Below are positions 11,995-23,804 of a DNA stretch of 64,000 nucleotides, piece by piece. The notes under the pieces were generated by a model that did not search any database, had not been told where the DNA came from, and saw only the letters and a list, made by a program, of their open reading frames with translations. Position numbers and translations under genes: made by a program. Source of the stretch: Octopus vulgaris. Its lineage: Eukaryota. How positions within the stretch are numbered: the first letter of the stretch is position 1; each line of letters begins with the position of its first letter. The DNA is taken from the NCBI GenBank assembly GCA_951406725.2, contig OX597820.1, positions 47,182,001 to 47,246,000 on the forward strand, written 5' to 3'.

Positions 11995-12357
11995 GTCTTT
12001 GCAATTCAAAAACGTAGGAGGAAACTTTTCAAATATAAATAAAGTGGAAGTATACAAAAATAAAAATTATTTTCCCTCTTACTGTTTTGTTTCGTTTTGA
12101 AAAATAAATATTCTACTTTATGGTTTGTTATATTTTATATTTTGAATTACATAATCTTTTATGGGGGGCACCAAAATCTTGTCAGTGCTTAGGGCTTCGA
12201 TGGGTTTTAATCCGACCCTGGCTGGGCGAAATGAATTTGGGTGGAATTCTGGTTCAAATGACACATCTTTGTGTCTGAAAACACTTTTACAATTTTATCA
12301 CTAGTTACGGGTAGCTGTGAATAAAGATTATTAATCTTAGGAACTGTACTCATGGAA

Positions 12358-12428
12358 GCGTCGGTGGTTCAGTGGTAGAATGCTCGCCTGCCACGCGGGC
12401 GGCCCGGGTTCGATTCCCGGCCGACGCA
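12358..12428 (+). tRNA. trnG-GCC: tRNA-Gly(GCC)
   Basis: Identical to 4443-4513. Confidence 0.97.
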
Positions 12429-12814
12429 TCTTCGTAACTTTTAATTTTAAAATAGAATAAAATGTAACACCTAGTTACAAATCAAATCTATTCTTTTATT
12501 TGTTTCGGTCATTTAACTGCGGTCATACTGGAGCACTCGGACAGTTCATTAAAATAACACCAGTCATATATGTACTCAGGTTGTCACCATCGAAATGATA
12601 GTCTCCGTTGTACAGTTTAACATTGCACTTGCTGAAAGCGAGTCATGGGGTGAACCAATATCGGTTCCTTCGAAATTGGTTCAAAGTTCGGTCATTTTCA
12701 AAGCGAGAGACATTACAAACATGATCCAGTTTACATTTTTATGTAAAAGGGAAATTCAAAAGGTGCAGCTTTTTCGCACAATACAATCCAGCCGGCAGGT
12801 TTCTAAGTGGTATC

Positions 12815-13036
12815 ATCATCATCATCATCATCATCATCGTTTAACGTCCGTTTTCCGCGCTAGCACGGGTTGGACGGTTCGACCGGAGTCTGGGAAGCCA
12901 GGGCTTCACCAGTCTGATCTGGCAGTGTTTCTACAGCTGGATGCCCTTCCTAACGCCAACCACTCCGCGAGTGTAGTGGGTGCTTTTTACGTGCCACCTG
13001 CACAGGTGCCAGGGTGGGGTCTGGCATCGGCCACGA
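12815..13036 (-). mobile_element. 5'-truncated SINE/non-autonomous retroelement, family C, (GAT)n tail
   Basis: (CAT)n CGTTTAACGTCCG...CAGCTGGATGCCCTTCCTAACGCC; absent from the paralog at ~7803; short TATC duplication. Confidence 0.8.
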
Positions 13037-13046
13037 TATCTTCTAT

Positions 13047-13089
<43 letters not shown>

Positions 13090-13664
13090 CTTGTCTTAGT
13101 CACTGGACTTCAGCCATGCTGGGGCACCGCCTTGAAAGGTGTTAGTCGAACAAATCGATGCCAGTACTTATTTCTGTAGCCTAGTACTTACTTACTCTAT
13201 CGGTTTATTTGCCGAACAGCTAAGTTACGGGGGACGTAAATAAACCTCCACCGGTTGTCAAGTGGTGGTGGGAGACAAACACAAACACATAAACGCGGCC
13301 TCCGCAGCGGACTAAGTGAAAAGTCAGTGTAACGGTTGCAAATAGCAACGAAAGAGCTTTGGGGAACAAAAACTAAACGAATGACCTTCTGTTTGACTAA
13401 ATTAAACAAACAATCGATTAGTTATTTGGATATATTACAGTGATTAATAATAGAGGTATGAAATTGAACCAGTACGTGTGTTCATAATATTGATATAATG
13501 ACTCTCCCTAGACACAACAAAATTTCTTTCAACACACGAATTCATATAAAGAATCTTGCAAACAAAATACAAAACCGAAGTCCGTATGTCATGGAGAAAA
13601 CATTGCAGCTAAGAAGTGTCGAGTCAGAGAAATATTATGAATCTTAGAGGACATCATGACCATA

Positions 13665-13735
13665 GTGTCGGTTGTTCAGTGGTAGAATGCTCGCCTACCA
13701 CGCGGGCGTCCCGCGTTTTATTCCCGACCGACGCA
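13665..13735 (+). pseudogene. tRNA-Gly pseudogene with ACC anticodon
   Basis: GTGTCGGTTGTTCAGTGGTAGAATGCTCGCCTACCACGCGGGCGTCCCGCGTTTTATTCCCGACCGACGCA; B box broken (GTTTTATTC) and T-stem mismatches. Confidence 0.85.
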
Positions 13736-14208
13736 AAGATTGGGTTCGGCTATTGATTTGTTTTGTCTAAATACATTTTTGATGAAGAGTTAGCTTCATC
13801 TGAACTCAGAACCATCGAACAAGAAATTTACAATGTATTCGTTTCTTTTGACGAAATACATTTGGAACATTTCTCAAGCTCTTACAGTGTTTTATGTGTG
13901 TCAGTTTCTCTTTGTCGTTCCGTTTGATTTTTATCACCCTCAGTACATGTCCTCAAATTGCACTGTCCTCACATTGACACCCAAGCGCTCCGAAACTTTG
14001 GCATTAGAAATTCCGGCGTGAATACCAAGCAGTACAGCATGTCGTTTCCAAATTTCTGGCAGAGTAAATTGCGTCATGGTGCTGTTTATCTTACAGACGG
14101 TGCCTAACCGACCCTACTATACTGTGTAGTCGACAAAATAAAAAAACAAGCAATGCGCGTACACGAAATTAAAAATCTAAAATGGCGACAGTTTACCCAT
14201 CGCACCCT

Positions 14209-14209
<1 letters not shown>

Positions 14210-14274
<65 letters not shown>

Positions 14275-14285
14275 ACACACACACA
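14210..14285. repeat. (CA)n microsatellite
   Basis: About 37 CA units. Confidence 0.95.
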
Positions 14286-14582
14286 GAGTAGCCCTTCGTT
14301 GCCGGACTAGTTTTACAATTAAATTTCTTTATTTCAAATTTATTATTCCATGTCGGATCATGTGTTCCCAAACGAATACGCTTGATGAGGTGAGCTTTCT
14401 TCATTATTTGAGGCAATTTAGTTCAAATTCCACCGAGGTCGACTTTGCCGTTCATCCTTTCGGGATCGATAAATTAAGTACCAGTTGCATACTGATGTCG
14501 ATCTAACTGACTACCCCAACATTTCGGGCCTTGTGCCTATAATAGAAAAGTTTATTTGAGGTAATTTATAATGTCTCGATAC

Positions 14583-15007
14583 TCTCTCTTTACTCTTTTA
14601 CTCTTTTACTTGTTTCAGTCATTTGACTGCGGCCATGCTGGAGCACCGCCTTTAATCGAGCAACTCGACCCTGGGACTTATTCTTTGTAAGCCCAATACT
14701 TATTCTATCGGTCTCTTTTGCCGAACCGCTAAGTGACAGGGTCATAAATACACCAGCATCGGTTGTCAAGCGATGTTGGGGGGACAAACACAGACATACA
14801 AACATACACGCACACACACACATATATATATATATACATATATACGACGGGCTTCTTTCAGTTTCCGTCTACCAAATCCTCTCACAAGGCTTGGTCGGCC
14901 CGAGGCTATAGTAGAAGACACTTGCCCAAGGTGCCACGCAGTGGGACTGAACCTGGAACTATGTGGTTGGTAAACAACCTACTTACCACACAGCCACTCC
15001 TGCGCCT
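14583..15007 (-). mobile_element. SINE family A
   Basis: Reverse complement of the family sequence. Confidence 0.9.
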
Positions 15008-15501
15008 ATAAACGGAGTTTTTTTTTTTTTTTTTCATCTGGTGCATTAACGTAAAAAAATGTTCTTACTTCCTGCTCTTGAACATTCAACGTAAATCTGA
15101 ACATGGGTAAAGCAAAGTTCTTCAAGGTGTAAACCGGCAACCGAAAATATTTACCTTACGATTTGTTGATGGCCATGACAAGACTAAGATTCACTGGAAA
15201 TTGAAGTCGTTAAAATTAAAATGAGACATCATCTCTTGAGTGTGTGCGACGGAAGTTCTTGTGCGCTTATCTAATCCAGGGGTTCTTAACCATTTTTATT
15301 TTTATCTATATAACCTTTTTGATTACTGTTTTATTCTGGTGGAGCCCCATAGCCATTCGGTGTTTAAAAACTAGTTTTATAGACACTTCTAAAATTCCTA
15401 TTTTGTTTTTGATACATCAACTTGTGTAGGTTGAACTATGTAAAATGTTAGAGAAAGAAACCAAGCTGTTTTTTTTTTTTTGCAATACATACCAATACAT
15501 A

Positions 15502-15987
<486 letters not shown>

Positions 15988-16520
15988 ATAAATCTGAAGC
16001 AAAACTTTTTTTGTTGCAGTCACGGATTTTTAAATTTTAAAATTAAGTCGAAAGTTTCAAAATTGGTGTATTAATGTAGTTTTTCACGCTTAATCTGATT
16101 ATGAGATTCATTTATTCCAGAAAAATTTTTTAGAAAAATGTTATAGATGTTTAAACTTTGATCATTTTTACTGAATCAGAAAACATGATTTGGAAGCTAG
16201 CATTTTCTGCATGATAGCTGTCTATTACAAAATGAAAGCGAACGTTACAGCGACGAAGTTTTAAACAAAATGAAAGCAATTACATGTCATATCAAGGAGT
16301 GGAGGGAGCAACATGCATGAGAGATATACATATACACAAGAAAGAATGAGAGAGAATATGGTAAATATACAGAGAGTGGGTAAAAGAAAGGAAGAGAGAG
16401 AGGGGGAGAGGGAGAGTCAGACAGAGACAGAGAGACAGATATGACAGACAGAGAAAAGGAGATTTGGCAATTTAAAAGTTGAGTTATTTCTCGTATCAAA
16501 TTATATCTGTTGATAACCAT

Positions 16521-16742
16521 AGGCGGCGAGCTGGCAGGACCGTTAGCACGCTGGGCGAAATGCTTAGCTGTATTTCGTCTGCCGTTACGTTCTGAGTTCA
16601 AATTCCGCCGATGTCGACTTTGCCTTTCATCCTTTCGGGGTCGATAAATAAAGTGCCTGTTACGCACTGGGGTCGACTTAATCCCTTTGTCTGTCTTTGT
16701 TTGTCCCCTCTATGTTTAGCCCCTTGTGGGCAATAAAGAAAT
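16521..16742 (+). mobile_element. SINE family B (Deu/Nin-domain SINE)
   Basis: AGGCGGCGAGCTGGCAG...GAGTTCAAATTC head; GCCTTTCATCCTTTCGGGGTCGATAAA resembles the Deu/Nin core. Confidence 0.8.
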
Positions 16743-17279
16743 ATATATCTTTTGATAATCATTTACCGAAAATCTTCCCATTAGACGCAAATTCCCAAAA
16801 TGAAATCCGTTTTTCTCAAAGACACACCGTTTCAGAGCCTTTCGGGGCTATTCCCACATACGCTCTCGTTTGTGTGTGTGTGTGGTTCAAATTGTACGAA
16901 AACAAAAGCAAATAACAGAAGACAGACACATGAGAGAACAATAAACAGGTGTATTATTTTGACGCTCAGGAAAAATGGAAGAATATTTGACGTTTCAAGC
17001 CTACTCGGGCACAATAAAGGTTTTTCACTCGTGTCCCAAAATAATGGAATATTTAATCACATTTTGTGTTGGAATTCCGTCTTATGACCAAAGTGGGACA
17101 AGAGACACGATTTGAACTTAAGCTGTAAACAGATTAAGCCAAATGCTGAAAAACTTCTAGCTGGACATTTGAGAGACATTTAGTTGTATCTTGAAACTCC
17201 ACCACCTCTGACATGAATGCCAAGGACAAGCTTTCCTTTCAAATTACGTTTTCAAGTTCGAAGAAGCATACTACACTTT

Positions 17280-17669
17280 CACTTGTTTCAGTCATTTGAC
17301 TGTGGCCATGCTGGAGCACCGCATTTAGTCGAGCAAATCGACCCCCAGGACTTATTCTTGGGAAGCCTAGTACTTATTCTATCGGTCTCTTTTGCCGACC
17401 CGCTAAGTTACGGGGACGTAAACTCACCAGCATCGGTTGTCAAGCGATGTTGGTGGTGGGGGGGGGACAAACATATACACACACATACATATATATATAT
17501 ATATACATATATACGACGGGCTTCTTTCAGTTTCCGTCTACCAAATCCACTCACAAACCTTTGGTCAGCCCGAGGCTATAGTAGAAGACACTTGCCCAAG
17601 GTGCCACGCAGTGGTACGGAACCTGGAACCATGTGGTTGGTAAGTAACCTACTTACCACACAGTCACTC
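17280..17669 (-). mobile_element. SINE family A
   Basis: Reverse complement of the family sequence. Confidence 0.9.
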
Positions 17670-17884
17670 AACTTTATTTTAATTTATTTTCCTGGAATAT
17701 CGATCAAAGCAAAATGCATTGTGTGACTTACGGTGAACCCTGATCGAACAGAATTATAGCACACAGGTAATCAACTGAGTTACTAGATGTGACCCGCAAA
17801 TATGCATTTCCGGGTATTTTATACACCACTGAAGCTGAGGACCTTATTGAACGTACCGACATGCGGTGATAAAATCATAAAGGG

Positions 17885-18719
17885 TTCAGTAAGTGCAATG
17901 TTAAACTGTACAACGGAGACTATCATTTCGATGGTGACAACCTGAGTATATGACTGGTGTTATTTTAATGATCTGTCCGAGTGCTCCAGTATGGCCGCTG
18001 TCAAATGACTGAAACAAATAAAAGAATAGATTTGATTTGTAAATAGGTGTTACATTTTATTTATTTTAAAATTAAAAATTACGAAGATGCGTCGGCCGGG
18101 AATCGAACCCGGGCCGCCCGCGTGGCAGGCGAGCATTCTACCACTGAACCACCGACGCTTCCATGAGTGCATTTCCTAAGATTAATAATCTTTATTCACA
18201 GCTATCAGTAACTAGTAATAAAATTGTACAAGTGTTTTCAGACACAAAGATGTGTCATTTGAACCAGAATTCCACCCAAATTCATTTCGCCCGGCCAAGG
18301 TCGGATTAAGACCCATCGAAGCCCTAAGCACTGAAAAGATTTTGGTGCCCCCCATAAAAGATCATGTAATTCAAAATATAAAAAATAACAAACCATAAAA
18401 TAGAATATTTATTTTTCAAAACGAAACAAAACAGTAAGAGGGAAAATAATTTTTATTTTTGTATACTTCCACTTTATTTATATTTGAAAAGTTTCCTCCT
18501 ACGTTTTTGAATTGCAAAGACTTTGATCAGATTCTCAAAATTAAACTTAGGTAACGCATCTGCACCTTTACTAAGTGAAGGTAAAGGCATCCCGAGTATT
18601 ATTTCAGCAAGTTTAAAGTGATTCCTTTTCTGCCGTAACCCATTTACCATTTCGGATCTTTTCCTTTTGAGCGGCAGTTTTCAACACAATTTCTAGTTAA
18701 CTAAACACTTTTAAACTTC
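17885..18719 (-). repeat. Inverted partial copy of the tRNA repeat unit
   Basis: Reverse complement of ~6170-6241 plus ~6440-7627, lacking the SINE. Confidence 0.9.
18088..18158 (-). tRNA. trnG-GCC: tRNA-Gly(GCC)
   Basis: Exact reverse complement of 4443-4513. Confidence 0.97.
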
Positions 18720-19080
18720 AGTGTGACAATCTGACAGGTCGCATTCTCTCTTGTTCGGTGTATTGCTGTACAGACGTCACCATCAACCCTGACTGAGCAG
18801 ATCTATGATGATGGTTTCAAATTTTGGCACGGGGTAAGTCTTTTACACAGTTGGTACTTATTTTATCAACCGCGAAAGGACGAAAGGAAAAGTCAACCTC
18901 GGCAGAATGTGAACCAAGAACGGAAAGAGCCAGAAGAAAAGCCGCTATGCATTTTGTTCAACGTGGTAACGATTGTAGCAGCTCACTGCCTTATGTAGAT
19001 CTACAACAATAATGGATGATTCATCTAATACCTCCGTATCACTTGCTGGAAACCTAATGTGCATAACATTTTTTTTTTTA

Positions 19081-19660
19081 AGGCGGCGAGCTGGCAGAAA
19101 CGTTAGTACGCCGGGCGAAATGCTCAGCGGTATTTCATCTGCCGCTACGTTCTGAATTCAAATTCCGTCGAGGTCGACCTTGCCTTTCATCCTTTCGGGG
19201 TCGATTAAATAAGTACCAGTTACGCACTGAGGTCGATATAATCGACTTAATCCGTTTGTCTGTCCTTGTTTTTCCCTTCTGTGTTTAGCCCCTTGTGGGT
19301 GGTTAAGAAATAGAAATAGGTATTTCGTCTGCCGTTACGTTCTGAGTTCAAATTCCGCCGAGGTCGACTTTGGCTTTCATCCTTTTGGGGTCGATTAAAT
19401 AAGTACCAGTTACGCACTGGGGTCGATATAATCGACTTAATCCGTTTGTCTGTCCTTGTTTGTCCCCTCTGTGTTTAGCCCCTTGTGGGTAGTAAAGAAA
19501 TAGGTATTTCGCCCGTCGCTACGTTCTGAGTTCAAATTCCGCCGAGGTCAACTTTGCTTTTCATCCTTTCGAGGTCGATAAATTAAGTATCAGTAGAACA
19601 CCGGGGTCGATAATCAGTTATCCTCTTCTTCAAAATTGCAGGCTTTGTGCCTTTAATAGA
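19081..19660 (+). mobile_element. Head-to-tail trimer of SINE family B
   Basis: One full copy followed by two headless copies, each joined at AAATAG|GTATTTCG. Confidence 0.85.
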
Positions 19661-19685
19661 AAGAATCCTCATCCTCCTCCTTAAG

Positions 19686-20212
19686 GCTCTGCAAATAACC
19701 ATATACCATTTCTTCTGTTAGACTTTTGGTTTTGGTCAAAATTTTTTTCTCGTCAGAAAAGAACCGAAGCATGCGTTGTTTCTGAAAGTTTCTTTTTAAC
19801 CTTGTTAAGTAACTCTTTGGTACGAATCATACGGTTTACTCGTACTTTTGCCGGTAAGAATTGGTCTCTTCCTTAATACACAGAACTTGTATTGAATCCC
19901 TTGTGTAACATAGTTCTAATACTCCATTCCGATACCTAAAGTTCTTCAGTGTTGGCTCACATTGATTTTCCGGGATAATCATCGATAATATTTCAAACCC
20001 ATTAGATGAATTGCAGTAGTGTCTTTGTGGTATCCAAATACTTTAGGTGTTTTTTTTTTTTTCTTTGATACAATTGAAACATACCCGTCAGAGGTGTCCA
20101 ATTTCATTTGAACTTTGTGTACAGAAGATGTTGCAACATTTAAAAAGGTGGCAGTTTCTTAATTGTTCTGCACAACAGGGGCATCATAAAAGTTCATTTC
20201 TTGTGTTAGCAT
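19686..20212 (-). pseudogene. Tc1/mariner-superfamily transposase relic (N-terminal half)
   Basis: Frameshifted translation MLTQEM...ATFLNVATSSVHKVQMKL...KELLNKVKK...MLRFFSDEK/NFDQNQKSNRRNGIWL. The FSDEKxF motif carries the first catalytic Asp of DD(D/E) transposases. Confidence 0.8.
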
Positions 20213-20495
20213 TTTATCTGCGATAGGTATCTGGGGAAAAAAACCCGAACGTTCTAATTAAGCTGGAGAGAGTAGTATTTAGATAACTAAATGTTCTGAA
20301 ATACCCCTCACACCCTGAATTTACTTAAATCAAAATTAAATGAAAGGGAGGTAACTAATGTACCAGTTACAGTTATGACCGGAGATAACTCCTGTTGTAA
20401 AGACATGTTTCAACTGTAAAATAAAAGTGTGACTGACTTTTAGAGCGATACTCCTAATAACATCAAGTGTACAATATATATATATATATTCATAT

Positions 20496-20609
20496 AATTT
20501 TTTTTCGTAATGAGATAAAAAAACCAAGGCTGAGTAGATTGTAGAACATTTTAGAATGTTCTAAAATCTACTCAGCCTTAGTTTTTTATCTCATTACGAA
20601 AAAAAAATT
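20496..20609. repeat. Near-perfect palindrome, ~55-bp arms
   Basis: TTCGTAATGAGATAAAA...GGCTGAGTAGATTGTAGAACATT-ttag-AATGTTCTAAAATCTACTCAGCC...TTTTATCTCATTACGAA. Confidence 0.9.
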
Positions 20610-20777
20610 TTATATACACACGCTGACATATCACCAACGTTAAACCTCTTATTCGCAAAATCATACATATATATATATGTGTGTGTGTGTGTGTACGTTT
20701 ATATATTTGTTTTGCAAGAATTTTGATGTGAAATCGTGTGTTAGAACAGATATGACCATTCCTAAATACAAATATAT

Positions 20778-20988
20778 TACTCTTTTACTCTTTTACTTGT
20801 TTCAGTCATTTGACTGCGGCCATGCTGGAGCACCGCCTTTAGTCGAGCAAATCAACCCCGGGACTTATTCTTTGGAAGCCCAGTACTTATTCTATCGGCC
20901 TCTTTTGCCGAACCGCTAAGTGACGGGGACGTAAACACACCAGCATCGGTTGTCAAGCAATGCTAGGGGGACAAACACAGACACACAA

Positions 20989-21061
<73 letters not shown>

Positions 21062-21221
21062 TACGACAGGCTTCTTTCAGTTTCCGTCTACCAAATCCAC
21101 TCACAAGGCTTCGGTCGGCCCGAGGCTATAGCAGAAGACACTTGCCCAAGATGCCACACATGGGGACTGAACCCGGAACCATGTGGTTGGTTAGCAAGCT
21201 ACTTACCACACAGCCACTCCT
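20778..21221 (-). mobile_element. SINE family A
   Basis: Reverse complement of the family sequence. Confidence 0.9.
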
Positions 21222-21397
21222 ATTATATATATTTATAATAAAGGGTTTTTGTGCAACAAGTTGCTTGAACCACATACCGAAAACCCTTTATTATAATTAT
21301 ATAAATTTGTACCGAATATGGTCCTTTCCATACCGAAATTACTACTAGGTGAAATTTATTGATTTTATTAAATTAATTATATATCACCCTTTATCTG

Positions 21398-21436
<39 letters not shown>

Positions 21437-22019
21437 CATACATTTATATTTATATATATATGAGAAAGGTTAAGTTCAGTTTCATCCTTTTTACTTTTGT
21501 GGGGGGTCCCAAAGTTAGATTTCTAATCAAGATTCTTCATATTAAATTTGTAGCTTACTATTGCAAGTATTTTTTTTAAATATGAAAATTAAACAAGTAC
21601 AAGGTGTGTTGTGAGCATTAATAGAACACATATCCTATATAAACTCAACAAACAATTGAAGATGGAAAAGAGAAGATGTTAAAAGTTTTATAAAATTTTA
21701 ATCCATGTATACGATTGTTTCAAATGGTAACCCCAACATGTAAGGAAACATAGAAAAAATTTAATTAATTGACTATATGGAGTCTGTGTTACATAGCTCA
21801 TTCAGATATTCATAAAATGATTATGAAAGATGAAATATTATAAAAAGAAACATCGTGTACCAGATCAGCATGTTGGGACATAATTTTCTAGATTCAGGAT
21901 ATGTGGCTCTGAAGTTTTGGAGAAATTTGTTTCCAAGAAATTATGAAGAGTAATTACTGTGTTTTAATTGCTGTTAACAGTTTAAAAATATATTTAATTA
22001 TTCTTTAACTTTCTTCTGT

Positions 22020-22150
22020 GTCGGATGACGTCAGCAGCTGGGGAGCTGACCGGAACTTGGGGCTGACTGGAAGGGGCAGCAGTGGCGCGCGCGCGCAGGT
22101 AGGGTAGCATTCTGCCTTTTCGATCCAGGTCACCGAGCGAGTAAGACGGG
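22020..22150. promoter_or_regulatory. CpG-rich promoter-like island
   Basis: TGACGTCA (CRE), GCTGACYGGAA x2 (ETS-like), (GC)6 run, and a downstream GA|GTAAGA donor-like site in otherwise AT-rich DNA. Confidence 0.4.
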
Positions 22151-22833
22151 ATTAGTATGTTATTAAGGGGGGGGGGAGAAGCAGCTGCTATTTCTAGCGT
22201 TTGGGTCGGGGTGTGTTGAAGGATCCATTACCGCTGAAGGGTCTCCATCTGACCAAGTATTCAAAAGGAAAATATATATATATAGCGGATGTCTGAATGG
22301 ATGTCTTCACTTGTGTGTCATTTAGAAAGAGGAGTTTGACTAATATACTACAAATTCCCATGATGGAGACAAAGTTTATGATAGCCATCATTTAGCTCAA
22401 AAAGAACTCACTATGGAGTGCTGTTCCCACATCTTAGATGATACTACTGTTGCATGCATACACAAATATACCTGACAGAATGCCATCTGAAGGCCATCTG
22501 ACTGATTGATAAAATTTTAATCTTCCCATCTCTAGCCCACACACATGCAGTCTCCTCACTCTCCCTATTCAGTTGCTCCAATAATAGTCTCTACTACTCT
22601 GAACAAATTAGTTGTATATGATACATTCCACCCAGGCTCATCAAACCATACTGTTATTCTCTATCTTGCAGGCTTTGTACTATCCACTTTGATAAACAAC
22701 ACTTCCAACCAAAATGTCATCCTTCTAGAACTATTTCTTCCATCCATGTTCCCACTCTACACCTGCAAATGTTGAATGTAGGTGACAAACACAAACTAAA
22801 TGGACACATACATTTAGATCTATACATACATAT

Positions 22834-23397
22834 GCCCTGGGATATGTAACACACTGCCTAAATACCAATCTTGAGAAATTAGGATTCTCAAAACCAGAAA
22901 GAAGAAAGCTGATTCGAAGACTACAGCTCTATCACTGGAACTGTAAAAACCTGTAAAACTTGCCAGAAGTTTATCATTTAAATATTTATGCAACTATATG
23001 CATGAGAATACATACATACATATATGTGCATACATACATATATACATACGTACATGCATACATACATATGTGCATACATACATACATACATACATGCATG
23101 CATACATACATACATAAATACATACGTACGTGCATACATACATATGTATGTACATACATACATACATACATACATACGTACGTACGTACATACATACATA
23201 CATACATACATACATACATACATACATACATACATACATACATACATACATACATACATACATACATACATACATACATACCCTGTTGTTGATGTTGAAA
23301 TTCCAATGAAGGAGCCTTGCATCTAGGGTAGGAACCAGTTCTTTCTCTTTTGGCAAGAAATCTTGAAATAAACTGAATAATGACATACATACATACA
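22834..23397 (+). mobile_element. 3' fragment of a REL-endonuclease (R2/R4/NeSL-like) non-LTR retrotransposon with a long (TACA)n array
   Basis: Translation ALGYVTHCLNTNLEKLGFSKPERRKLIRRLQ resembles the GALG...L..L C-terminus of REL elements; (CATA)n in the 3' UTR and tail. Confidence 0.55.
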
Positions 23398-23804
23398 AAC
23401 AAAAGTTTTCTTTCAGTTTCATTCCACTCACAAGGATTTGGTCAGTCTGAGGCTATAGTAAAAGACACTTGTCCAAAGTGTCACACAGTGAGACCGAAAT
23501 CATGACGACATGATTGGGAACCAATATTGTGGAAGTTTATTCCCCTGTTTACATTTTTATGCAGTTGAACTCAGTCACATCAAATTATTGTATGAGACAG
23601 TGGACATAAACTTTAGAATGGAACAGTGATATGCAGCTTTTCTTGAACATTGAAAAGAGTTTTACTATTCACAACTAAGACTTCATCACAGAATTAAGTG
23701 ATACAGAACTGGATGTGAATATCAGTAGAGTTCAGCACCAATAATATGCATGGCAAAAGGAATTTAGCATCAAGTTCAGAAGCTATGCAATAATCATTAA
23801 ATAT

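Larger units (their letters stand above)
10503..12220. mobile_element. hAT-like non-autonomous element, second copy
   Basis: Paralog of 5523-7212; TSD GCTGGGCG at 12221-12228. Confidence 0.65.
1690..13900 (+). repeat. Higher-order tandem repeat carrying the tRNA-Gly cluster (about 2.3 units, period about 5.0-5.9 kb)
   Basis: Homologous offsets: 2521->8438 (5917), 4443->9823 (5380), 7350->12358 (5008), 8438->13665 (5227). The length differences are largely explained by visible insertions and deletions. Confidence 0.9.

Noticed and set aside
12595-13179. 194-aa ORF with poly-His
   Set aside because: Chance read-through of a (CAT)n retroelement tail and a (TTTA)n tract; the paralog lacks the insertion
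22960-23431. Five overlapping ORFs of YIHT/MYVC repeats
   Set aside because: (TACA)n microsatellite lacks stops in several frames
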